Part shown: positions 1 through 9,061 of the stretch, one piece after another
How positions within the stretch are numbered: position 1 is the first letter of the stretch
How the letters are laid out: every line of letters begins with the position of its first letter
NCBI GenBank assembly: GCA_002772545.1
Contig: PFDR01000015.1
Coordinates: 1 to 54,410 of the forward strand
Direction of reading: 5' to 3'
DNA: 54,410 nt
Origin: Candidatus Peregrinibacteria bacterium CG10_big_fil_rev_8_21_14_0_10_49_10
GTDB taxonomy: Bacteria; Patescibacteriota; Gracilibacteria; Peribacterales; Peribacteraceae
Notes under the pieces: generated by a model
Told to the model about the DNA's origin: nothing
What the model saw: the letters and a program-made list of their open reading frames with translations, nothing else
The model's database searches: none
Program-made: the position numbers and the translations under genes

Positions 1-1987
<1,987 letters not shown>

Positions 1988-2070
1988 ACAGCTTAGGAAA
2001 AGAAGTTACCCTAAGAGTTCTTCTGCATCTTTGCAATAAAAATGGCATCTAAAAGGTCTATACTATCGAT

Positions 2071-2120
2071 CTAGTCTTCGTCCCCTGTGTCTCCAATGTG
2101 ATCCTTAAAGGTATAGATGC
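2071..2120 (-). repeat. Degenerate duplicate of the hisS 3' end (partner at 2711-2760)
   Basis: Ungapped alignment at an offset of exactly 640 bp gives 37/50 identities, including 13 consecutive matches (tctccaatgtgatc core). Read on the minus strand it gives SIYTFKDHIGDTGDED-stop, against the real HisS tail DTYTINDHIGEGVDED-stop. Confidence 0.7.
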
Positions 2121-2626
2121 TTCTTTTGGAGCCTTCTTATTCCATACAGTAAGAGATTAATGGAAAAACAGGCAACAAAGACTACGACAAACTGAAACCA
2201 GTAGAACAAAAATATCCAGCCTCCTTCACCATGTATCTGAACGATGTATGCCCATAGCAAAGTAAGAAAAAAGTTTAGGACAATGTATGAGGCAGGAATC
2301 ATCAAGCTATTTATGAATTGCTTTGGATGTTTCCATAGATATCTTGTGCTGGCAAATATGACCAATGCGGGCATTCCAAACAACAAAATCATTTCCAGTC
2401 GAAAGGATTCGTTGTACCGTGTATACGGAACGTTTTCCAGCGAAAATTCACTGATTGTTTTTGTAACCATGAAAGTGAAAACAATAAGGCTTAGACCAAT
2501 AATAGGTCCTCGTAATTCTTTCTCCTTTGATATTTTTCTATACAAGTACATACAGAAAACAATTCCTAATATAAAAGGAAATGCATAGAGCAATACCGCC
2601 AAAAAATTGGATTTAGTTACATCCAT
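2105..2626 (-). CDS. Polytopic membrane protein of unknown function
   Basis: The ORF has about 5 hydrophobic helices (e.g. FLAVLLYAFPFILGIVFCMYL, IIGLSLIVFTFMV, FVVVFVACFSINLLLYGI). The ATG at 2626 is preferred over the TTG at 2641. The gene lies between the two hisS 3'-end copies. Confidence 0.6.
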   Translation of the reverse strand: MDVTKSNFLAVLLYAFPFILGIVFCMYLYRKISKEKELRGPIIGLSLIVFTFMVTKTISEFSLENVPYTRYNESFRLEMILLFGMPALVIFASTRYLWKHPKQFINSLMIPASYIVLNFFLTLLWAYIVQIHGEGGWIFLFYWFQFVVVFVACFSINLLLYGIRRLQKKHLYL

Positions 2627-2710
2627 GATGAGTAATGCCAAAAAATTGGATCTGCTTACAACTATGTAAACATTCTACCAATTTATTGTTGGATTGAGTA
2701 TACCTTCTTT

Positions 2711-4060
2711 CTAATCCTCATCCACTCCCTCTCCAATGTGATCATTGATGGTGTAGGTGTCTAAATTCCTATCCCCCAGAAGTTTGATGATCTCCGGAAT
2801 GGCCTTTTTAAAGGGAATCTGCTTCTGTTTGCCGGCTGCCATATCCCGCAGAATAATGACATCTTCCTTCACTTCTACCTGACCAAGAAGCAGAGTGAAT
2901 CGTGCAGCGAATTTGTCCGCAAGGCGCATTTGGCTCTTGAGGCTCGCTTCGCCAAGTGCTCCTATGGTGTGTACACCTTTGTCGCGCAGCTCAGAGATGA
3001 GCGCGAGACATTTCTTTTTGGCTTCTGGTCCCAGCTGTGCCACAAACACATCAACCTGGTCCTTATCCGGTGGCTGTACCCCGGCCTGTTTCATCTGCCA
3101 CACGGTGCGTTCCATACCTCCGGCAAACCCAATGGCCGGGGTTTCTTTCCCGCCGAGCATAGCGATAAGCGGATCGTATCTGCCTCCTCCTCCTACAGCA
3201 TTCTGTGCTCCCGTAGTTTCATCCCAGTACTCAAACACAGTTTGGGTGTAGTAGTCGAGTCCGCGCACGAGTCCGGGATTTTCCTGGTAGGAAATCCCGA
3301 GAGTGTCCAAGTATTCCAGTACGTTCGCGTGGTACTCCTTGCTTTCATCATCCAGGAACTGATCCAGCTTGGGTGCGCTCTTGATGAGTATTTGCGTGTC
3401 TTCTTCTTTGGAGTCGAGGAGTCGCAGGGGGTTTGTTTCCAGGCGCTTGCGGTCGAGCTCCGGCAGGTTACGCTCTTTGCCAATGAAGTAATCCTTGAGT
3501 GCTGCCACAAATTGGCCGCGGTTTTCTGCCGTGCCAATGTTGTTTACTTGCAGGCGCAGGCGATCCAGTATCTGCAGGTCACTCAGCACCTTGTGTACCA
3601 CATGAATCAGCTGCGCGTCCAGGCTCGCATCTCTGAGTCCTATAATTTCAAAGTCGTACTGGTAAAACTGCCGGTAACGCCCTTTCTGTGGCCGGTCATG
3701 ACGGAAACACGGGCCTATGGCATACAGTTCCACCGGTTGCGGTAACTGCTGCATACCGTGTTCTATATAGCTGCGGCAGATGCTGGCAGTGAGTTCGGGC
3801 CGTAGAGCAAAATCACCCTCCTCCTGCTCTGCAGAGTGCTTGGAGGAAACCATAAAGAGCTCCTTCTCCACAATGTCTGTGTGCTCGCCTATACCCCGCT
3901 CAAAAATAGAGCGGTGTTCAAAAATTGGCGTTTCAATGCGTTTGTAACCGGCTTGTCTGGCGCGGTGACGCACAGCCTTTTTGATGTAGGTCATATACAC
4001 GTGATCCTCCGGGAGGAGATCGTGCGTGCCCTTTGGAGTACGAAACGTGGATTGTGACAT
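2711..4060 (-). CDS. hisS: Histidine--tRNA ligase
   Basis: 449 aa. The N-terminus RTPKGTHDLLPED, class II motifs (FRHDRPQKGRYRQFYQ, GGGRYD) and a C-terminal anticodon-binding region are typical of HisRS. Confidence 0.95.
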   Translation of the reverse strand: MSQSTFRTPKGTHDLLPEDHVYMTYIKKAVRHRARQAGYKRIETPIFEHRSIFERGIGEHTDIVEKELFMVSSKHSAEQEEGDFALRPELTASICRSYIEHGMQQLPQPVELYAIGPCFRHDRPQKGRYRQFYQYDFEIIGLRDASLDAQLIHVVHKVLSDLQILDRLRLQVNNIGTAENRGQFVAALKDYFIGKERNLPELDRKRLETNPLRLLDSKEEDTQILIKSAPKLDQFLDDESKEYHANVLEYLDTLGISYQENPGLVRGLDYYTQTVFEYWDETTGAQNAVGGGGRYDPLIAMLGGKETPAIGFAGGMERTVWQMKQAGVQPPDKDQVDVFVAQLGPEAKKKCLALISELRDKGVHTIGALGEASLKSQMRLADKFAARFTLLLGQVEVKEDVIILRDMAAGKQKQIPFKKAIPEIIKLLGDRNLDTYTINDHIGEGVDED

Positions 4061-4515
4061 AGGTCTACAGAACAGGAAATGTGATTTGAGGAGATCCCAC
4101 GGTAGTTCCGCTTATGCGGGATGAAGGGGGATTGCTGTACGCAATTGCATCTCAGCTACAGTTCAAAATGAGAACACGTGAAGCGTACGCTAGCAGAGAT
4201 TCTTCTTTTGGTGAAGCCTTAAAATGCCCTATTGTGTGGATTTTTCGGGGGGTTGTTATGCAACCCTGCAAAAAGACGCCTGACCATGGTCATTTGTCAT
4301 GGAGTAGCCAATGAGGGCGCTGATCATTTTCACAGAGCCATTATATGCACATTCTCACGGGTTGGCAATTTACTTTGGTAATTTGGAAAACTTGGATAAA
4401 TGGAGGTTCCACTTAAAAGAAACCCAGGTGCCGTGGTGCACTTTTGAATGCATGTATGGCCTCATGGAAATAAAGCTGTAAAAAGCTGAAGGGAAATTTG
4501 GTATTGCATACTTGA

Positions 4516-4524
4516 TGGTAGTAT
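4516..4524 (+). promoter_or_regulatory. Extended -10 element (TGgTAGTAT) 9 nt upstream of the ATG at 4534
   Basis: TG at 4516-4517, one spacer nt, then TAGTAT at 4519-4524. The spacing to the ATG implies a leaderless or near-leaderless transcript. Confidence 0.4.
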
Positions 4525-4533
4525 CCTGTAGGT

Positions 4534-4713
4534 ATGATTTTCTCAAGGAAAAATGCAGGCAAGTGGGTAGCAAGCAAAAATGGGAGAGCAGTGGAAACTG
4601 CCAGAAAGCTTGAGACACTTCTGAAAAAGGTAACTAAAAGAGAGGATCAGTCTTCTCTTCGATTCGACAAAATTCCACCGAAAGCTTTTGCGGGTACCCT
4701 TTATGGAGTTTGA
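4534..4713 (+). CDS. Small 59-aa protein, just under the 60-aa ORF-track cutoff; possibly DUF5678-like
   Basis: My own translation gives MIFSRKNAGKWVASKNGRAVETARKLETLLKKVTKREDQSSLRFDKIPPKAFAGTLYGV. Its stop at 4711-4713 overlaps the ATG at 4703 of the next gene. It is preceded by an extended -10 element. The GKWVA...G..V motif recalls DUF5678, from memory only. Confidence 0.5.
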   Translation: MIFSRKNAGKWVASKNGRAVETARKLETLLKKVTKREDQSSLRFDKIPPKAFAGTLYGV

Positions 4714-5101
4714 ATACACGAAAAGAGAGTGGAGCAGAGGAATAGTGTATGTACCTACATTACCAATCTTATTGAATGGGTTTCCTGTTGGGCATGCACT
4801 TGTAGATACAGGAGCAGATGCAACATTGTTGCCTATGGAGTTACAGGAGTTACTGGCTGTTGAATTAGATACGCGGAATGCGATTCCTTTTACAAGTGCA
4901 GGAGGGGATGAATTTAAGGCTATACCTACTACCAAGCCTATAGAATATACGATTGAGCAGTCAGGATTTCGACCCAAAACCTGGAAGGGAATAGCATTTT
5001 TTGCCGAAGGGCAACCTGCTATATTGCTGGGGCAGTATCAGTGCTTGGAGAAACTGAGTATTACCTTTGATGCTCCTAACAAGAAGATTCGCCTTGCATA
5101 A
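4703..5101 (+). CDS. Retropepsin-like (clan AA) aspartic protease
   Basis: The catalytic motif ALVDTGADATLLP and the C-terminal ILLGQYQCLEKLSITFDAPNKKIRL pattern are typical of bacterial and archaeal retropepsin-like proteases. The ATG at 4703 is preferred over the TTG at 4688. Confidence 0.75.
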   Translation: MEFEYTKREWSRGIVYVPTLPILLNGFPVGHALVDTGADATLLPMELQELLAVELDTRNAIPFTSAGGDEFKAIPTTKPIEYTIEQSGFRPKTWKGIAFFAEGQPAILLGQYQCLEKLSITFDAPNKKIRLA

Positions 5102-5182
5102 GAAGGTCTTGCCACATTCTTTCTTCTGTTTTTTCTCTACAGATGTGGTCTTACAGCCGTAGGTAGTTTAGTATTCCCGCTG

Positions 5183-5195
5183 CACATGGCGAGAG
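5183..5195 (+). repeat. 13-nt copy (cacatggcgagag) of the tRNA-His 5' end plus 5 upstream nt
   Basis: It is identical to 5272-5284 and lies 89 bp upstream of it. Confidence 0.5.
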
Positions 5196-5276
5196 CCTTC
5201 GAACCTTCGACAAGCTTAGGACTCAGGACACTCTCTGCCATTGCACTGATCCTTGTATCTATCTTATTTCTCACAT

Positions 5277-5354
5277 GGCGAGAGTAGCTCAGTTGGTTAG
5301 AGCGTCCGGTTGTGGTCCGGAAGGTCGTGGGTTCGAAACCCATCTCTCGCCCCA
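5277..5354 (+). tRNA. tRNA-His (anticodon GTG) with encoded G-1 and encoded CCA
   Basis: Hand-folded cloverleaf. The 8-bp acceptor stem GGCGAGAG/CTCTCGCC includes G-1:C73. D arm is GCTC-AGTTGGTTA-GAGC. Anticodon arm is TCCGG-TTGTGGT-CCGGA. T arm is GTGGG-TTCGAAA-CCCAT. Confidence 0.9.
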
Positions 5355-5439
5355 TTCGTCTTCACGGTGAACTTGTACAATGGTCTCAGTTATTGTACAT
5401 TCTCTTACTTTGGCGATCCCGTTACGACGCAATGGAGCT

Positions 5440-5679
5440 ATGTATTACGTTTATATTCTAGAATCGGAGAAGAACACAAAGCATTGGTATGTTGGTGTAA
5501 CACGAGATCTCAATCGTCGCTTGAACGAACATAATGCTGGAGATAGCATTCATACAAATAAATTTAAACCCTGGAAAATAAAGAACTACACTGCATTCAA
5601 TAGTCAGAAAAAGGCAGAGGCATTCGAAAGATACTTAAAATCAAACTCTGGCCGTGTGTTCTCTAAACGACATTATTAG
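5440..5679 (+). CDS. Stand-alone GIY-YIG nuclease-domain protein (UPF0213/YhbQ-like), 79 aa
   Basis: MYYVYILESEKNTKHWYVGVTRDLNRRLNEHNAG is the canonical GIY..YIG..R..H/N layout. The ATG at 5440 aligns with the usual family N-terminus, and the ORF-track start at 5380 adds 20 unlikely residues. Confidence 0.85.
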   Translation: MYYVYILESEKNTKHWYVGVTRDLNRRLNEHNAGDSIHTNKFKPWKIKNYTAFNSQKKAEAFERYLKSNSGRVFSKRHY

Positions 5680-5773
5680 TGTATGGGTTAGTTGCGGTGT
5701 AGCAGTATCGCCAACATCACCTCTGGAATACTCCACAAAGAACCATGCAGCACCTTAACTGCGAAGCCGAACA

Positions 5774-5792
5774 AAACCCATCTCTCGCCCCA
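5774..5792 (+). repeat. 19-nt perfect direct repeat of the tRNA-His 3' end (partner 5336-5354), att-like
   Basis: aaacccatctctcgcccca occurs at 5336-5354, inside the tRNA (T loop to CCA), and again at 5774-5792. The flanking cgaa..aaaccc extends the similarity with a 2-nt indel. Confidence 0.85.
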
Positions 5793-5927
5793 CAGTTGAA
5801 TTCGTGACGAAAGCAAGTCCGCCGTAGGCGGACGTAGCTTGAGTCCGAAGATACTGTGTGCTGGGACGTTTGCCATAGCAAACGGAGCAGTACTGCATGA
5901 AGAGATCGGATATGTACATGAGAAGGC

Positions 5928-8552
5928 TTATTCTCCATCTTTCTCCTGTAGAGGAATCTCCCCGGAGTCCTGCAGTTTTTGCTGATCTAAACTGTCTGCA
6001 CTAATGAGAAACTGTACATCATCATCTCCTTCCTGCTTCGCAGCCGCATTGGATGGTGTTTCCTGTGGGGGAATAGGGGTGCCCTTGAGCCATTCAGGCG
6101 GAGGAGCTTCTGGTTTTTTGGCTGCGGGAGCGGATGGTGTTTTTTCTTGAGGTACGGGTTTTGATTCTGCGGCAACAGATGTTTGTTCTTTGGGGGCAGG
6201 AGCAGGTGCAGCAGCCGGTGCAGAATTCTGTCCATTTGCTTTTTCCTCTTGTTCGCGCTTGCGCTTATTTTCTCTATAGCGTTGGCGCTTGCGGCGTTTG
6301 CGTTCCTGTTCGCGCTCTTCTCTGGTCTTATCACCATTTACTTGGACTGGAGCTTTAGATGTTACAGGAGCGGGTGTGGATTCCTTCTGCTTCTCTACCG
6401 GTACCCGTGCAGAAGAGGCAGGTCCGACAACAGTTGCTGGCTCTTCAGCTTTTTCTGCCGGTTTCTGTGGTGCCTTTGAAACTTCAGATGTTGTACCGGC
6501 AAGTGATGCTGCGGGTGCAGGTTTATCTGCAGTTTTCTCCGTGCTGCCCGCAAGCCATGGTGGGAGTGCAGCGTCATCCTTGGGAGGTGTGGTTTTTACA
6601 GGTGCCTCCTGTTTAGTTGGTTCTGTAACGGCTGGAGGAATCTTTTCCGAAGGAGCAGTCTCTTTTACTGCAGGTGCAGGTGGGGGCGGAGGTGGTGGTG
6701 GCGTCTGTTCTGTTTTCTGACTTGTACCGGCGAGCCACGCTGGGAGAGGTGGCTCCTGCTTCTTTTCTGCTGAAGTAGACTCTTTTGGCGTAGCAATGGT
6801 TTCTTTTTTCTCCGGAGCAGAAGTTTCGTTTGGCGCCTCTGGTGCTACAGGTTCCTGCGCGGACTCTGCAGTTTGGCTTTTCTGCACGCTAGATGAGGGG
6901 GCGAGCCAGGAAGGCATTTCTTTCTGTGCACCAGTCGTAGTTTCTTTCTTTTCTGTTGTGGGCGCAGCCGGAGTGGTCGTAGAACTGCCTTGCAACCAGG
7001 AAGGGACACTTGTGGGTTCCGATTGAGTGGGCGTTTCCGTTGGGCCTGCGGAGGCAACGGGCTTCAAAGGTTCCTGCGGAGGAGCAGGTGTTTCCTTTGG
7101 TGCCGTTTCTGCTGTACTTGGTGAGGGGGCCAACCAGCTGGGAACCTGGCGATTTACTTCGGGCGTTTCCGGTGCGGGAGATGCCTGTTCAGAGTCGTCT
7201 GCAGGTTTGGTGTTTTCTGCTGTTTCTTCCTTCTTTTCTTCGTTTGCATCCAGATCTGTATCCGCATCTTCATTTTTTGTGTCTGCCTTGTCTTCCTCTT
7301 TGTCCTCTTTCTTCAGTTCCATGAGAGGGAGTGCGGTGGTGCTCTCCGGAGAGTCACCAACCAATTTTTTCTCTGCAGCCTCAAGAGACTTCTGCAGATT
7401 CATCCCTTTTAGTTTTGAAACTACAAATACCACAAGCATTCCTATACCCAGTGACACAGCGAGTACCACCAGAGCCTTAAGAATCGTTTTCATCAGAGAG
7501 CCTCCTGCTTTTGTGTCGCCTTCGGGTTTCTGTTTCCCATCATTTTTTCCTGCATCTGTCGTGGGTGCCTTGTCACTGTTTTTTACGGAAACTTCCTTCT
7601 CCAGCTCAAGGAGTTTTGCGCCCGATCGGGCATCTGTAATACGCACTTGTACGTTGTAGGTTTGTTCCGTGGGGAAGGTATGTGTAGGTTCGTCCAGCAG
7701 GCTCTGTGTACCGTCTCCGAAGTTCCAGTAGTACAATGCCGGTACGGCAATAAGACCGGAACCGGTGCGTACCGCAAATGCGTATGTACCATCTCCACGG
7801 GGTTCAACAGTCAAGCCTGTTTTTGCTCTTTGCTCCTGCGCTTCTCTGAGGGCTTTTTGCACATACAGCTGAGAAACTACATCTATCTGCTGCGTTATAA
7901 GCGCACCGTTTTTTAGGCGTGCCGCTATGAGCATGGTCTGTTTTTCCAGTGTAGGTTTGAGCCAAATATGCAGGCTGCCCCGTCCCTGCGCAAAAATACT
8001 GTTTGCCAAAATGTTGTCATTGTAGGTATCGCCATCACCATTCAGGTCTTCTGCAATATTGATGTCCATGGCGAGTTGTTCAATATCTGCATGAATGATG
8101 TCCAGACGAATGAGTCGTTCTCCTCCCTCCAGTTGAATGCTGCCCTCTGCGTTTAGGGCCGGGGATGTTTTTACAATCTGAGGAGTTTCCTTTGTGGATT
8201 GCGTAATGAGAGGAGCATCGTTACTTGTTTGTATACGAAAGATGGTGCGTACCGATCCTTCTTCTTTCTCTACAACTTCGCCGTTTAAGAAGTACTCCGC
8301 TATTTCGGTGGGACGCATGCTAAAGAGTACGGATCTCTTTGCCTGCTCAAATGTGCGTCCTTTGCTCAGAACCCAGTTTACTGCGGCAGAGGGTGTGCTC
8401 TCCGCATAAATTTCAAAGATGCTGCCGGGCCTGAGTGCAAGGGTTTCCTGAATACTCGTTATTTCCTGCGCTCTCACAGAACTGGCTATGCCCAGTGGAA
8501 GCACGAGGAGTGCTGCGAGAACAAAACCAGGGGAGAGAATGCGTTTCAACAT
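5928..8552 (-). CDS. Large single-pass surface protein: signal peptide, ectodomain with a PKD domain, TM helix, and a ~490-aa disordered Pro/Lys/Glu/Thr-rich tail with six PxWL motifs
   Basis: The likely start is MLKRILSPGFVLAALLVLPLGIASSVRAQE (ATG at 8552, 22 nt after the upstream gene). The PKD signature is YYWNFGDGTQS...HTFPTEQTYNVQVRITD. An EF-hand/dockerin-like loop DLNGDGDTYNDN is present. The TM helix is ILKALVVLAVSLGIGMLVVFVV. The tail motifs are VPSWLAPS, VPSWLQGS, MPSWLAPS, LPAWLAGT, LPPWLAGS and PPEWLKGT. Confidence 0.85.
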   Translation of the reverse strand: MLKRILSPGFVLAALLVLPLGIASSVRAQEITSIQETLALRPGSIFEIYAESTPSAAVNWVLSKGRTFEQAKRSVLFSMRPTEIAEYFLNGEVVEKEEGSVRTIFRIQTSNDAPLITQSTKETPQIVKTSPALNAEGSIQLEGGERLIRLDIIHADIEQLAMDINIAEDLNGDGDTYNDNILANSIFAQGRGSLHIWLKPTLEKQTMLIAARLKNGALITQQIDVVSQLYVQKALREAQEQRAKTGLTVEPRGDGTYAFAVRTGSGLIAVPALYYWNFGDGTQSLLDEPTHTFPTEQTYNVQVRITDARSGAKLLELEKEVSVKNSDKAPTTDAGKNDGKQKPEGDTKAGGSLMKTILKALVVLAVSLGIGMLVVFVVSKLKGMNLQKSLEAAEKKLVGDSPESTTALPLMELKKEDKEEDKADTKNEDADTDLDANEEKKEETAENTKPADDSEQASPAPETPEVNRQVPSWLAPSPSTAETAPKETPAPPQEPLKPVASAGPTETPTQSEPTSVPSWLQGSSTTTPAAPTTEKKETTTGAQKEMPSWLAPSSSVQKSQTAESAQEPVAPEAPNETSAPEKKETIATPKESTSAEKKQEPPLPAWLAGTSQKTEQTPPPPPPPPAPAVKETAPSEKIPPAVTEPTKQEAPVKTTPPKDDAALPPWLAGSTEKTADKPAPAASLAGTTSEVSKAPQKPAEKAEEPATVVGPASSARVPVEKQKESTPAPVTSKAPVQVNGDKTREEREQERKRRKRQRYRENKRKREQEEKANGQNSAPAAAPAPAPKEQTSVAAESKPVPQEKTPSAPAAKKPEAPPPEWLKGTPIPPQETPSNAAAKQEGDDDVQFLISADSLDQQKLQDSGEIPLQEKDGE

Positions 8553-8574
8553 TGCAGAGAGGTTGTGTGAGCGT

Positions 8575-8949
8575 TTAGTTCGGAAGATTTGCCATAAATT
8601 GCACAATACCCTGTGCAAGCAGAATGATGATCAGACCGATAACAGCGTAGAAAATAATGCGCTTTGCCCTGTCCTTTGCCTCTTCCTCGCCGCCACTGAA
8701 CACCATGAGAATACCCGCAATGACAATTACCACTACAGCCGCAAGTGCCATGAACGAAAGTACTGTTTTGATGATGGTAACCACTCTTTCTCGAATAGTT
8801 GCCCGTCCTACAATGTTTCCTGCTTCACTGGCGCCTGCGCCCAGTCCACCACCTCCGTAGACCGCAGCCTGCACAGCTGTAGAAGTTGTACCGAGTGAGA
8901 CAAGAAGTGCCGTAAGGGTAGGAGAGATTCTGCTGAGAAGACGTTTCAT
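8575..8949 (-). CDS. Small secreted two-TM protein, T4SS pilin-like (TrbC/VirB2-type family common in CPR bacteria)
   Basis: 124 aa. It has a signal peptide (LTALLVSLGTTSTAVQA), a short ectodomain and then two TM helices separated by SGGEEEAKDRAKR. The layout ...AGILMVFSGG..E..ak..i..aviGLiIilLA..IV.F matches the T4SS-pilin architecture as I remember it. Confidence 0.6.
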   Translation of the reverse strand: MKRLLSRISPTLTALLVSLGTTSTAVQAAVYGGGGLGAGASEAGNIVGRATIRERVVTIIKTVLSFMALAAVVVIVIAGILMVFSGGEEEAKDRAKRIIFYAVIGLIIILLAQGIVQFMANLPN

Positions 8950-9061
8950 CTGTAGGGTGGGTAAAGATCATACTATGATAGCACAAATGACCTTCTGATG
9001 CCATTTTATTTGGATAGAGGTTTGTGAAGGAACCAGAACCTTTCTGGCTATTGTATTTGGT

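Noticed and set aside
4061-4515. T-box riboswitch leader for hisS in the 470-bp gap upstream of hisS
   Set aside because: On the hisS strand, the best match to the conserved T-box core GGUGGUACCGCG is GGAACUACCGUG, only 8/12. I could not build a specifier loop with a His codon or an antiterminator. An Infernal scan would be needed to reopen this. The ORFs 4114-4314 (+) and 4370-4618 (-) in this gap have junk-like composition.
5188-5243. Possible second tRNA or tRNA pseudogene (ggcgagag...ctctctgcca) upstream of tRNA-His
   Set aside because: It is only ~55 nt, it has no D, anticodon or T arms that fold, and the putative acceptor pairing needs a bulge. I keep only the 13-nt duplication of the tRNA 5' end as an observation.
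5137-5355. 72-aa minus-strand ORF (MGREMGFEPTTFRTTTGRSNQLSY...)
   Set aside because: It is the antisense translation of tRNA-His. The GFEPTT...SNQLSY peptide is the classic artefact of reading a tRNA gene backwards.
5987-7659. Multiple 60-210-aa ORFs in alternative frames and on the opposite strand within the PKD/PxWL gene
   Set aside because: The low-complexity Pro/Lys/Glu-coding DNA is depleted in stop codons in several frames. Only the 5928-8552 frame joins a signal peptide, a PKD domain and a TM helix into a coherent protein.
8553-8618. Upstream extension of the large surface protein to the Met at 8618
   Set aside because: The extension would overlap the pilin-like gene's 3' end and would put 22 non-hydrophobic residues in front of a textbook signal peptide. 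The ATG at 8552 is preferred.
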